A stretch of DNA of 63,030 bases, filler included, from Malassezia furfur (taxonomy: Eukaryota): assembly GCA_052055015.1 (NCBI GenBank). It is 3 parts of 3 records of this genome, joined end to end, with 100 filler letters (N's around TTAATTAATTAA, not from the genome) between each part and the next. Parts side by side here need not be neighbours in the genome. Positions count along the whole stretch, not along the records: positions 42,133 to 63,030 come from JBQJIT010000173.1; 2 more parts are not named here. One strand, written 5' to 3'. Under the pieces are notes generated by a model. That model saw nothing but the letters and a program-made list of their open reading frames with translations, did no database searches and had not been told where the DNA came from. Position 1 is the stretch's first letter. Every line of letters begins with the position of its first letter. The translations under genes were made by a program, and so were the position numbers. Of the stretch, positions 47,098-57,612 are shown piece after piece.

Positions 47098-47790
47098 ATG
47101 TCGTCAGCGCTGGCTCCAAAACTGAATGGTGCGGGCATGAACGGACGTCCCGTCGTCTTCTTCGACATAACGATCGGAGAGACGCCTGTGGGCCGTATCA
47201 AATTCGAACTCTTCTCGGACTTCACACCCAAGTATGTCCAGATGGATCACTGACGTCAGGACTGCGGAGAACTTCCGGCAACTATGCACGGGCGAACACA
47301 GGCATGTCTTTTGGTCTGACCCAGGTTCAATCACAAGCCTATGGGATACAAAGGCTCGATTTTCCATCGTGTGATCAAAGACTTTATGTGCCAGGGGGGC
47401 GACTTTCTCAATGGCGACGGCACAGGCAGTTTCAGCATCTACGGCGACAAGTTCGACGACGAGAATTTCCTAATGAAGCATGACGCAGCAGGTCTTCTCA
47501 GCATGGTATGTCGACCACATCCAGCTTACCAAAGGCAAACTCAGGCCCGAACACCAACGGGTGCCAATTCTTTATTACGACCCAGCCGGCTGATTTCCTC
47601 GATGGAAAGCACGTCGTATTTGGCAAGGTGGGTCGCGATTGCCGTGCTCATACCAGGTCGTCGACGGCATGCTTACGCTCCGCAAAATCGAGAACGTCCC
47701 GATGGGTGCAAACAACCGGCCACGCTTGGAAGTCAAAATTGCAGGTACGTCGGCCTTACCGCTCTGACTCCAGAATGCGGTGAAATGTAA
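47098..47790 (+). CDS. PPIH: Cyclophilin H (U4/U6 snRNP-associated PPIase)
   Basis: [62 protein letters not shown] end; introns 47232-47259, 47302-47324 (GC-AG), 47506-47534, 47628-47656, 47745-47773. Confidence 0.88.
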
Positions 47791-47814
47791 ATCAGTAATG
47801 TTGTCCCCAAATTG

Positions 47815-50397
47815 CTATGACTCGGCAAGCGAAGCGACGGAGCTCAGCTTCGTGAGCACTTCGTCCCATTCACCCTGCGCTGTAGACAAAATAGTCACGG
47901 CCCCGCCCGCACCGACAATGACGTTGGGTCCCTGGGCCGTCACGGTGCGGATGACCACCGAGAGATTGGATGCGCCGTTCACCCCCATAAAACCCAGTGC
48001 ACCTGAGTAGGCACACCGGCGGCGCGTGGTATCGGAAGGCGAATGACTCGGCGAGTGTTCCAAGTGCTCCAACAACTCCACACTGCGCCGCTTGGGCGCT
48101 CCGGTCATGCTACCCGGGGGGAAGCACCGCTTCGTCGCTTCCACGCAGCCAATCCCCGGGCGCAGCTTTCCAACGACAGCCGTCACAAGCTGGTGGACCG
48201 TTTCGTAGGTTTCCAAGGCAATCAGACGGGGCACCTGTACGGAACCGGGATAGCACACGGCTTGCAAATCGGCTCGAATCAGGTCGGCGATCATGAGGTT
48301 TTCTGCGCGCTCTTTGGGGTCCGCTCGCAGTTTCGCCTTCCGTCGCTCGTCTTCGGCCTCGACATGCCGTCGCATTTCCGGCTCTGTGGCCGCGCGCGCA
48401 AGCCAGTCTTCCTCGCCCTTGCTCCAACCGGGACGGATCAACGTCCCTTTGATCGGGCGCATCTCGAGCCATTCGCTCTGGCTGATCGTCAAGAAACGCT
48501 CCGGACTCGTCGAGAGGATGGCTTGCGGGATATTTTGATCGAGCGGCAAAAGCTCGACGTACGCACCAAACGGTGCAGGATTTTTGGCTCGCAGTTTTGC
48601 GTATAGATCAAAGTAACCATCGTAGTTGTGCGTGTCCAGAGGGAGTTGGCCTTCAAACTGCGTGGTCAGGCAGAGCTCGTAGCTCTCTCCTTGCGCGATG
48701 TAGTCTTTGGCCTTGCGGATCTTTTCCATGTACGTCGTGCGATTGTCCACCGCATTTAGCGGAGCCAGTCCGGCAGAAATTCGGGGGGTCGTTGGTTCGG
48801 GCACCGCGCAAATTTCGGTAAGCGCATCTTGCACCTCGGAAAACCACGCATGGGCTTCACTTGCCGACACACCCATCATCAAGCTGCCCATGTTTGCGAG
48901 ACTCTCTTCCACAGACGCCAGCGGCGAGCTGCGGATCGTCGGGCGCACGTCCTCATTGCGCACCAGAGCCGAAGCAATCCACTTTCCGGTGGCATGATCC
49001 AGCGTTAGCACCGTGTTGCAAAAGGCCCAGTGGGCTGTAGGAAATGCCAGGCGATCGAACGCAGCATCGCTCAACTTCTTTTCATAGCGCTTGGCGCGCA
49101 GTGCCCCCAGCGCCAGGCTCTCGTCCTTCATTTCGTAGCTCCAGAGCCCGGCAAAGCCAGCAGGGAAGTTGCACGTATGGGCCGACTCGGCCTGCACATC
49201 AGCACCCTGGGGAAGCACGGTTTGGTGCTGCAGATCCCACTGCAGCTCGCTCATCCAGTCCCACAACGAGTCCATGTCGACGTCGAGCGGGGTTCGCTCC
49301 ACGCTCGCGTCTCCGCGCTGACAACACACAGTCAAGTGGGCATCCATATCATACAACAGGGTGAATGCCGCACGGCTCATCATCGAGACATGACTTTGGG
49401 GATCCCTCGGACTCGCGCTGTCGAACCATACACATCCACCCATGGCGTTCGGATGACCGCGTTTCCGGAAGAGCCGATCCACGATCGGAACCATGTCGTG
49501 CGCCAGCGTTGGAATCAGGGGTTTCTGGTGGGGCACCTCCATGACCCGCTGCTCCAATCTCCACCGCTTCGGCGTTGTGCCGGCGTCGGGGCTTTCCCGG
49601 CTCGGAGCGATGCAGCTCCGACCCAGCTCGACGAGTTCAGCAGGCAGCGCACAGGACTCCTCAGCCCAAAGCTGCACACGCGTCTTGTCCTTTTTGCTCC
49701 AATAGACGCCCACATTGTGGAGAAAGTTTTGCAGGATGGTATGACCCTCTGCCGATTCAATGCTCTCCGGGTGGTACTGGATGCCGTAGTAGGGCAGCTC
49801 GGTATGCTCAATTGCCTGCACAATCACATCGTTGGAGTCTGCAAGCTCGCTGTGGGCTACCACGCGAACGTTGGCCGGCAGGGTCGTTTCGTCGACCACC
49901 AAGCTGTTGTAGCAAATCACCTCGGTGCCGTTCGGAATCCCGGCCATGATGCTCTTCATGCCATCCGCATACGTGTACCTCTGCTCATCAATTTGCAGTG
50001 CACGCTTTCGTCCATGAAACGGCTCGGCAAGCTGCCGAATAGATGCGCCCGATGACGTAGCAATCCCCTGATGGCCCAAGCAGATGCCAAGCACCGGCAC
50101 TTGAACGAGCGCTGGGTTCTGCAGGAGGCGCGTGGATGACCCAAAGTCTTCTTCATTCATCGGATTCCCGGGCCCGGGCGAGAGGATGATGGCATCCACG
50201 TACGGGAGGAACTGGTCGTGCACATTCTCCGGTGCCAAGGCTGGGTGTGTGTAGGGTATAATGACCACCCGGTGTGCCAGACTTTCCGGGCTCATTAGCG
50301 GATCCACACTCGCACACAGCAGCGACAATAGGTTCCGTGTGTATGAGTCATGGTGATCCACGATCGCAATGCGGGGCAGGCCCTGCGAGTGTGCCAT
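47815..50397 (-). CDS. ABZ1: Aminodeoxychorismate synthase (PabA-PabB fusion)
   Basis: DHHDSYT, SPGPG, GICLGHQ, QYHPES; GESYELCLT, MRPIKGT, ENLMIADLIR, PPGSMTGAPK. Confidence 0.92.
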   Translation of the reverse strand: MAHSQGLPRIAIVDHHDSYTRNLLSLLCASVDPLMSPESLAHRVVIIPYTHPALAPENVHDQFLPYVDAIILSPGPGNPMNEEDFGSSTRLLQNPALVQVPVLGICLGHQGIATSSGASIRQLAEPFHGRKRALQIDEQRYTYADGMKSIMAGIPNGTEVICYNSLVVDETTLPANVRVVAHSELADSNDVIVQAIEHTELPYYGIQYHPESIESAEGHTILQNFLHNVGVYWSKKDKTRVQLWAEESCALPAELVELGRSCIAPSRESPDAGTTPKRWRLEQRVMEVPHQKPLIPTLAHDMVPIVDRLFRKRGHPNAMGGCVWFDSASPRDPQSHVSMMSRAAFTLLYDMDAHLTVCCQRGDASVERTPLDVDMDSLWDWMSELQWDLQHQTVLPQGADVQAESAHTCNFPAGFAGLWSYEMKDESLALGALRAKRYEKKLSDAAFDRLAFPTAHWAFCNTVLTLDHATGKWIASALVRNEDVRPTIRSSPLASVEESLANMGSLMMGVSASEAHAWFSEVQDALTEICAVPEPTTPRISAGLAPLNAVDNRTTYMEKIRKAKDYIAQGESYELCLTTQFEGQLPLDTHNYDGYFDLYAKLRAKNPAPFGAYVELLPLDQNIPQAILSTSPERFLTISQSEWLEMRPIKGTLIRPGWSKGEEDWLARAATEPEMRRHVEAEDERRKAKLRADPKERAENLMIADLIRADLQAVCYPGSVQVPRLIALETYETVHQLVTAVVGKLRPGIGCVEATKRCFPPGSMTGAPKRRSVELLEHLEHSPSHSPSDTTRRRCAYSGALGFMGVNGASNLSVVIRTVTAQGPNVIVGAGGAVTILSTAQGEWDEVLTKLSSVASLAES

Positions 50398-50557
50398 GCC
50401 GCGCAGCACGTCTAAAGCCAATGTAGCACGCCCAGAATTCTTCTAGGTTTTGTCAGCAATATTGTCGGTGCGTTAGCCCGGCTCTGGACGGGGCCCGCCG
50501 TGGGCCGTCTACGGACGAGCGAGCATAGCTACTAATGTACAACGTAGGCGTTCAACG

Positions 50558-50950
50558 CTATCCCTGCAGATACCGCGCAAAGACTGGGTGAGAAGCGCTC
50601 GACGTACACCAATAGCTCCAACGCCGACCGAGCCATCTCCCGAAAAACGGGATCAACACGAGCTGGAACGCCATCTGGAGCTGGCGTACGCCCTCGTCCC
50701 ATTCCTGCAGGGCCAACCGGTCTTGCTCGCGCTCAAACGCTTCCGAGGACGTCACACTGTCGGTCGACAGGTTGGTCTGCATCACATGCTGCCAGGGCGA
50801 TGGGATCGGCTGCTTTTCCGCCTCGTCGTCCAAATACGCCGGCAGTGCCCTCTTGGTTTGTGGCAGATCCGTGTGCGGCCCCGACGCCATCTCCTTGTAC
50901 TGGCGGATCCAGTCGGGGTCGGCCGCCTCGCGCTCCGGACTCGTGGCCAT
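50558..50950 (-). CDS. MIM2: Mitochondrial import protein Mim2-like
   Basis: EWDEGVRQLQMAFQLVLIPFFGRWLGRRWSYW; probable 24-nt intron 50584-50607. Confidence 0.7.
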   Translation of the reverse strand: MATSPEREAADPDWIRQYKEMASGPHTDLPQTKRALPAYLDDEAEKQPIPSPWQHVMQTNLSTDSVTSSEAFEREQDRLALQEWDEGVRQLQMAFQLVLIPFFGRWLGRRWSYWCTSSASHPVFARYLQG

Positions 50951-51094
50951 GGCGTCGCAGGACAGGCGCGAACGGTACACGTGATCTACTTACCCCGCAT
51001 GCACGCGTGCACGTTCTGCGGTGACTGCAGCTGGCTGGTCCGAGTGTCGCGAGGAATCAATTATCCAGTGCTACAGAAACAATTCCGTTGGTAT

Positions 51095-51607
51095 TTACTT
51101 GGAGGTGGTGGTCGAGCCGCTGTTGAGCTGCTCCTGCGCCTTGCTGAGGAGGTCGCTAGCGCCCTTGCGCGCCTGCTCCACGTACGACTCACCCTCGCCG
51201 GTGGTCGACTTCGAGGCATCGCTCGCAGCCTCACCAGCCTTGTCGCTGGTCTTGTGGAGCATGCCACTGACGCTGTTCAGGGCGTCCGAGGCGTACTTGC
51301 GCGCCGACTCGGTGATCGACTCGCTGTTCGACTGCGTCGAGGCGGTGTTGCTCTCGCTGCCGAACATCTGGCTGGCCTGCTTCTGCACGTACTCGGTGGT
51401 GTCGTTGATCAGGTTCTTGCCCTGCTGCAGAAGGCTCTCGCCCTCGGTCTTGGGCGCGACGTCGTCGGCCTTGTCGCTCACACGGCTGGCGAGCTTGTCG
51501 GCGCCGCTCTCGACCTTGCTGGCGGCCTTGCTAGCGTCCTGGCGGAGGCTGTCGGCGGCCACATCGGCATCCTTCTGGAGAGCAGGGACAGTGTTGGTGT
51601 TGGACAT
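51095..51607 (-). CDS. LEA/hydrophilin-like stress protein
   Basis: 170 aa, S/A/K/D/E-rich amphipathic repeats (EGESLLQQGK, EGESYVEQARK); TATA-like TATATTA about 45 bp upstream. Confidence 0.65.
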   Translation of the reverse strand: MSNTNTVPALQKDADVAADSLRQDASKAASKVESGADKLASRVSDKADDVAPKTEGESLLQQGKNLINDTTEYVQKQASQMFGSESNTASTQSNSESITESARKYASDALNSVSGMLHKTSDKAGEAASDASKSTTGEGESYVEQARKGASDLLSKAQEQLNSGSTTTSK

Positions 51608-51807
51608 GGTAGATTGGGTAAGGGAAGAAGCGTGGGCGAGTGCGCAGTCCTAATATACGCGGGACGGGACAGCCGCTCGACCCTAGCGGAATAACCGTAT
51701 GCTTACCTAATCTTCGCGGTGCGCCGCGAAGGTCCTGGGTGTTCGGCGGTGCTCCACGCGCGCCGCACGCGCCGCAACGCATGGACCACGTTTCGGCGCA
51801 GCCCCGG

Positions 51808-52497
51808 ATGGCTCCGCTGCGTCTCGGCTCGGTCGCACCGGACTTCGCCGCGGAGACGACGCAGTATGTAGTGGTGCGCGGCTGACGCAGGGGCCGCATC
51901 CGCTTCCACGAATGGATCGGGGATGCGTGGGCCATCCTCTTTTCGCACCCTGATGACTTTACGCCGGTGTGCACCACCGAGCTCGCCGAGGTCGCGCGGC
52001 TCGAGCCCGAGTTTGCGCGCCGCGGCGTCAAGGTGATTGGCCTGTCGGCGAACGACGTCGCGTCGCACCTTGCGTGGATCGACGACATCAACGACATCGG
52101 CGGCACGCAGCTGCGCTTCCCCATTATCGGCGACCAGGACCGCACGGTCGCGACGCTGTACGACATGCTCGACGCGCTCGACCCCACAAACCGCGACGCG
52201 GCCGGCATGCCGTTCACGGTGCGCGACGTGTTTGTGATCGATCCACAGAAGCTCATCCGGCTGAAACTGTCCTACCCCGCCTCCACTGGCCGGCACTTCC
52301 CCGAGATCCTGCGCGCGATCGACTCGCTGCAGCTCGGCGACGCGCACCGCGTCACGACGCCGGCCAACTGGCAGCGGGGCGATGAGGTGATTGTGCACCC
52401 CACGGTCGCCGATGCCGAGGCCGCGCAGCTGTTCCCCGGGTTCCGCACGGTGCGTCCCTACCTGCGGTACACGCCGGACCCGAGCGGCGCGCCGTAG
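51808..52497 (+). CDS. PRX1: 1-Cys peroxiredoxin (Prx6 class)
   Basis: LRLGSVAPDF, FSHPDDFTPVCTTE, YPASTGRHF, TPANW; intron 51864-51890; alternative in-frame ATG at 51781. Confidence 0.93.
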
Positions 52498-52500
52498 TGT

Positions 52501-53952
52501 CTATGTAGCAGTATCTGGAGCACGCTCGCCCTCGCGCGGCGGCTTGGGTGCGGTGGTCATCGAGTGGTTCGCACCGAGTAGCGCCTGGATGCCGTCGCGC
52601 ACAAACGACGGCAGGACGCGCAAGAACGGCGTCCAGGCAGCATACCAAGGGATGGCGACGATGCGGCTCTCTTGGCACTCGAGCGCATCGATCACCGCGT
52701 TCGCGACCTTGGCGGTGCTCACGGGCGGCGCGAGGAAGCGCGCAAACGCATTGTACTGGATGCCCGAGAACATGCTCGTCTCCTGCAGGTGACCGGTGGT
52801 GACGAGCGTCGTGCGCACAAACGGCGTCTTGTAGATCGCATCCAGCTCAAAGCGCAGCGACTCGTGCAGCCCGACGAGCGCATGCTTCGATGCGACGTAG
52901 TCGATCATCTGTGCGACGCCCGTCTGGCCCATCATGGACGACACCGTGACAATGTGTCCGCGGCGCTTCTCGACCATCGGCGGGAGAAACTCTTTGAGCG
53001 TCCAAAAGTGCGCCATTGTGTTGGTGTCCAGCACCCGTGCAATGTCGCCCACCGGCGTGTCGAGCAAAGGGTGGCCGTTGCGCACCGCCGCGTTGTTGAT
53101 CAGCATCGTCGGCGCGCCGTGCCGGTACAGGATGTTGCGCGTCACCGACAGCACCTCGTTCTGCCGCGAGATGTCGCAGTGGTACGCGACGAGGTTGGGG
53201 TGCTTCACCGTCGTCTTGGCAATGTCGAGCGTAATGACGCGCGCGCCCTTTTGCGAGAGCCGCAGCGCAAGCTCTGCACCAAAGCCGCGCGCGCCGCCCG
53301 TGATCACCACCGTCTCGTCGTTCCACGCATTCCGGTCGAGCCGCGGGAGCGTCGGCGTCGTGAGCGTCGCCCAGGCCCAGGAAGCGAGGAGCGCCGGCTC
53401 CGTGGGCACTGGCGCCGCGTTCGTCCATACGCGGCTCAGCCAGGCGACGCACCGCACCGCGAGCACAGCACACATGGGCACAAGGAGCAGCACAAGAGGT
53501 ACCGCGGCCATGTGCACGGCCGAATGCACGCCGTACACGCCCCGGGCCAGCCAGCGGGCCGGCGCATCGGCCGCGGGCGGAGTGGGGGTGCACATGAGCG
53601 CGCATGCGACGGCGAGCAGCGCTACGGGCGTCGCGCGGTGCATCAGCACGACGTCTGCGTGCTCGAGGAGCGTCTCGAGGTTGTACTCGCCCCAAAAGTC
53701 GCGCGAGTGCTTCGCCCGTGCGAACTGTGCATTCGCGGCCTGGCCCGCCTCGCTCATCGCGACGAGCCGCTTGCGCGTGTCGGTGGTGCCCTGGAGCGGC
53801 GGGTCGAATGCGATCGTTTGCACGGGCAGCGTGCTCTCGTCGGTCACCGGCCCCGCGAGCGACGGCGGGGCATACCGAATGCGCATGCACGTGCGGTCGA
53901 TCGACTCCATGCGCGCCCACTGCGGCAGGCGCGGGAGGTGGGCGTGGAACAT
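52501..53952 (-). CDS. Short-chain dehydrogenase/reductase (retinol dehydrogenase/17-beta-HSD11-like) with a long N-terminal extension; start uncertain
   Basis: VITGGARGFG, INNAA, NTMAHFWTLKEFLP, YVASK. Confidence 0.8.
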   Translation of the reverse strand: MFHAHLPRLPQWARMESIDRTCMRIRYAPPSLAGPVTDESTLPVQTIAFDPPLQGTTDTRKRLVAMSEAGQAANAQFARAKHSRDFWGEYNLETLLEHADVVLMHRATPVALLAVACALMCTPTPPAADAPARWLARGVYGVHSAVHMAAVPLVLLLVPMCAVLAVRCVAWLSRVWTNAAPVPTEPALLASWAWATLTTPTLPRLDRNAWNDETVVITGGARGFGAELALRLSQKGARVITLDIAKTTVKHPNLVAYHCDISRQNEVLSVTRNILYRHGAPTMLINNAAVRNGHPLLDTPVGDIARVLDTNTMAHFWTLKEFLPPMVEKRRGHIVTVSSMMGQTGVAQMIDYVASKHALVGLHESLRFELDAIYKTPFVRTTLVTTGHLQETSMFSGIQYNAFARFLAPPVSTAKVANAVIDALECQESRIVAIPWYAAWTPFLRVLPSFVRDGIQALLGANHSMTTAPKPPREGERAPDTAT

Positions 53953-54310
53953 GGCGAGGTGCGCAACGGCGTCCTGCGTCAGCGAGGCGCACGCACGTCA
54001 TGGTCGCGGTTCATGTGTTTGCAGATCCGCTCGGACGCGCGCCCGATGGCATCTTCCTGCCCCACACTCATCGTGGAGTGCAGCACACCTCCACCTCTGT
54101 ACAAGGCCGGCCCGGCCACAAGTCCAATGCAAGATGAGCTCTCAAAGCTACCGATTGATGAAACTATGACGATATTAGCAACGCGATGAAAGGTCTGATG
54201 AGGGGAGGAGGCACGCGGGCGGCAGCCAGGCATGCCCGTGTGCGCGAGGAAGAATGCAGTGCGGATAGGCCGCGGGGGGAATGGGACGGGAGGGAGGCGA
54301 AGGGAGCACC

Positions 54311-56917
54311 TTACATCTCCTGGCCCGGCGGGTACGCGGCGTCCTCGACGACCTTGCCCTTCTCGTTGAGGCCGGCGTGCTCGGTGGTCGCCGAGTAGCC
54401 CGCCTGCTGGTCGAGCGCGACCTGCGAGCGGCCGATGCCGTACGAGTCGTCGGGGTACCACAGCACGAGCTGCTTCGAGGTGCGCGCGGGGTTGTAGAAC
54501 GCGCCGAGCTTGGCATCCTGCTCGGCACGCGAGCGCACCGCCACCTGGTGCGCGTCCTCCATCTGGAGGACGTGCGACGCAGGCGCCGCGGGCTGCACCG
54601 CGCTGGGGCCGTTGATGTAGTACGCATCCTTCTCGGGCAGCAGCGGCGCCGTCTGCTCGGCCGAAGTCTCGGCCGGCGCACTGTCCTTGCCGTAGCGCAT
54701 CGTGAGGTCGAGCGGCACCGACTGCAGCAGCGGCCCGTACGAGTTCAGCAGGAAGTAGTGGTAGCCCATGATGATCACCACCAGCAGCACAGTCAGCACA
54801 CCGAATGCGATGTACGACGTGTTGGAGCCAACGTTGAACAGGTACATGGACGCCACAAGCAGCGTGCCGAGGTACAGACCCGCAAACGTGAAGCTGATCG
54901 CCGTCGGGAAAAAGAGGCCGGCCGTCTCGTTCTCGGGCTTGCAGTCGTACACGTACAGGAACATGTAGCGGTACGCCAGGTACAGCAAGAACATGGTCAC
55001 CGCCGCAAAGCCGTTTACGATCGGGGCGAGCAGCATGTAGCCGAACACGATGATCATGATCAGCAGCGTCGAAGGGAACAGCTGGCCCCAGGCCGGTGCG
55101 CCCATGCCGTTCTTGAGGCCCCACACGGTGCGCGGCGTCGAGCCCAGGAGGATCATCTTGACGTAGTACACAATCAGCGGCACGATCTGCAGGAACAGTC
55201 CGGGCGCAGCACCCACACCGGCAACAAACACCCACTGCAGGAAGAAGGTGCTCGAGCGGGGAATGGCCGCCGAGATCTGCGACACGAACGCCGAGACGTT
55301 GGGCGTAGGGACGAGGGTGTCGGCAAAGTCCTGCACGTTGTTCATCGCGCCCTGGATGATGGCGAGCACGAGGAAGTTTTGCAGCAGCTGGAAGATGGAG
55401 AAACGCACCATCAGGCTGCGCTCGACGCCGTTGCGCGTAGGGATGCCGCTCTGCTTCGCGAGGAAGCGCAGCCACATGGGCAGCAGCATGTTGAGCACGG
55501 CGAGTGCCGCCACCGGCAGCACACCCTTGATGATACCGAGCACCACGGTCGGGATGGACTCGATCCAGCCCAAAAACTTGACCTTCGAGCTCAGGTAGTC
55601 CACCTGCGAGAACATACTGACCACGGCCACCGGCACGAACCAGAAGACCACGGTCAGCCACGTGACTCCCCAGAAGAGGGCCGTGCGAATCTTCTTTTCG
55701 TACGGGTTCATGTTGAGGTTCGACCAGATGACGTCCTTGGGGTGCGCCTCGGTGTAGCGGGCGGCCATACGGTACGGCTCGTGGCTCGCCTCGGTGCGCG
55801 CGGCGACCTGCGCGCCGAGCTGCTCATGGAACAGGATAAACGCACTGCTCTGCGGAGGGTACGCCTCGTAGTCGGTCATCGCCCGCTCGCGCTGCGTCGC
55901 GATCTCGGCGTTCAGGCGCTGGATCTCGGCGCGGCAGTAGTTGATCGTGTCGACCTTCTCGCCCATGCACGGCACCTTGCCGAGACGCATCGTCGGGCGC
56001 TTCTTCTCCGGGACGTAGCGCGACGCGACATCGGCCGAGATCGAGCCGTCCGACGGCGCGCCCTCGGCCTTGCCCTTCTTGACGAGCTTGTGCGCGGTCT
56101 TGATGAGCTTCGTGACGGCGCCCTCGAGCTTGAGCACGAGCTTGTCGCGCTGCTCGACGAGCTTCGGCAGGTCCTGCAGGTTGCGGTTCACCCACACCTT
56201 CTCGACGCCGCCGGGCAGCTGGCCGTAGATCTGCGTGAGCTTCGTCTCAGAGAGGTACTCGTTCGGGACGCCGGTCACGAGCATCGTCTTGGCCTGCACC
56301 GTGTTGCGGTAGCTCGGCGAGGTGATGAACTGCTGGCGCAGCTGGATAAACTCCTTCATGCGCCAGTGGATGTTGACGAGGATCCACGCAACAAACATGT
56401 AGTTGACGATCAGCACACCCGCCGAGCGGTCCTGGTCGGACGTCTTGCTCGAGTTGATCAGGTAGCCGATCGTGAACATGTTGAAACCTTGGCTGGACGA
56501 CGTAATGTCGGCGGCGTACAGCGGCATGAGGAAAATCCAGCTAAAGATCCAGATCGGCACAATGATCCACAGCGACATGTTCAGGTAGCTGATGAACATG
56601 TACGCGTCCAGACCGTTGCGGTTCAGCACCTCCTTGTCGGGCAGCGAAATAAACTCTTTGACCCAGCCGAACATGGTGTGGTCCAGCGGCGGGACATTGC
56701 GGCTCGCGGGCTTCGACAGGAACGAGCGCGGCTGGTAAATGTTGTCAAACCTGGGACGCAGCACAACAAAGGCCACCCCAAAGACGCCCGCCATGATCAG
56801 CGAGTAGACGATCGTCGTAACGACCGTCGACGTCGACGTGTCCGACGGCGGATTCTGCGCTGCGACGAGCGCAGGCAGGGCGAGCGCGGCCGCAAAGAGG
56901 AGTCGGTGCATCGTCAT
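54311..56917 (-). CDS. OSCA/TMEM63 (Phm7/Csc1-like) calcium-permeable channel with a signal-peptide-like leader
   Basis: NIYQPRS, GLDAYMFI, TMLVTGVP, GEKVDTINY, SAFILF, PKDVIWSNL, many TM helices. Confidence 0.9.
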   Translation of the reverse strand: MTMHRLLFAAALALPALVAAQNPPSDTSTSTVVTTIVYSLIMAGVFGVAFVVLRPRFDNIYQPRSFLSKPASRNVPPLDHTMFGWVKEFISLPDKEVLNRNGLDAYMFISYLNMSLWIIVPIWIFSWIFLMPLYAADITSSSQGFNMFTIGYLINSSKTSDQDRSAGVLIVNYMFVAWILVNIHWRMKEFIQLRQQFITSPSYRNTVQAKTMLVTGVPNEYLSETKLTQIYGQLPGGVEKVWVNRNLQDLPKLVEQRDKLVLKLEGAVTKLIKTAHKLVKKGKAEGAPSDGSISADVASRYVPEKKRPTMRLGKVPCMGEKVDTINYCRAEIQRLNAEIATQRERAMTDYEAYPPQSSAFILFHEQLGAQVAARTEASHEPYRMAARYTEAHPKDVIWSNLNMNPYEKKIRTALFWGVTWLTVVFWFVPVAVVSMFSQVDYLSSKVKFLGWIESIPTVVLGIIKGVLPVAALAVLNMLLPMWLRFLAKQSGIPTRNGVERSLMVRFSIFQLLQNFLVLAIIQGAMNNVQDFADTLVPTPNVSAFVSQISAAIPRSSTFFLQWVFVAGVGAAPGLFLQIVPLIVYYVKMILLGSTPRTVWGLKNGMGAPAWGQLFPSTLLIMIIVFGYMLLAPIVNGFAAVTMFLLYLAYRYMFLYVYDCKPENETAGLFFPTAISFTFAGLYLGTLLVASMYLFNVGSNTSYIAFGVLTVLLVVIIMGYHYFLLNSYGPLLQSVPLDLTMRYGKDSAPAETSAEQTAPLLPEKDAYYINGPSAVQPAAPASHVLQMEDAHQVAVRSRAEQDAKLGAFYNPARTSKQLVLWYPDDSYGIGRSQVALDQQAGYSATTEHAGLNEKGKVVEDAAYPPGQEM

Positions 56918-57233
56918 GTACAGCCCAGACACGCGCCGGCGATCCAGAGGTGGTGGGACAGGCAAAGCGGCGCGCGCGTCGCTGGGCGCAGACGGCCTTT
57001 GCAACGCGCCGAATGAACGGGGCATCGATTTTCAACATACCTCTGCGTATGGCATGCATCAACGACATCATAGGTGCAATGCGATTGGTCGATTCGGGTG
57101 AGACATGCATTCTTCCATCTACGGCGGGGCTGGGGCGGTTGATTTACCTAGGTACGGCCAATCACAAGCGTATGCCAAGGATCTACCTGCACAGCGCATC
57201 TTCCACGCCGGATTTTTTTTTTTTCATCGCGGC

Positions 57234-57593
57234 ATGGGCGAGGAGGGCGTGCCGGTCACGGTGGAATTTGGGTACGTGCGCGGCTGACGCAGCGGCGGCA
57301 CCGAGCTGCTCCTGGCGCCCCCGCACGCCAAGGTGCACACGCTGACAGTGCGTGGCGACGCGGGCCGCGCGCCGGACATGCGTGCGCTCGTACAACACAT
57401 CCGCACGCACCTCCTCCACGAGCGCGAGGAGCTGTTTGTGGAGCACGACGCGGTGTAGGTGGCATGCTAACGCAGGCGCGCGGGCATCCTTGTGCTGATC
57501 AACGACAGCGATTGGGAGCTCGAGGGCGAGATGGACTATGTACTGCAGCCGAAGGACCACATCGTCTTTATTAGTACGCTGCACGGTGGGTAG
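57234..57593 (+). CDS. URM1: Ubiquitin-related modifier Urm1
   Basis: VEFGGGTELL...[18 protein letters not shown]...FISTLHGG*; two 21-nt introns 57272-57292, 57455-57475. Confidence 0.95.
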
Positions 57594-57612
57594 CCCATAG
57601 AAGCGCGACGCG

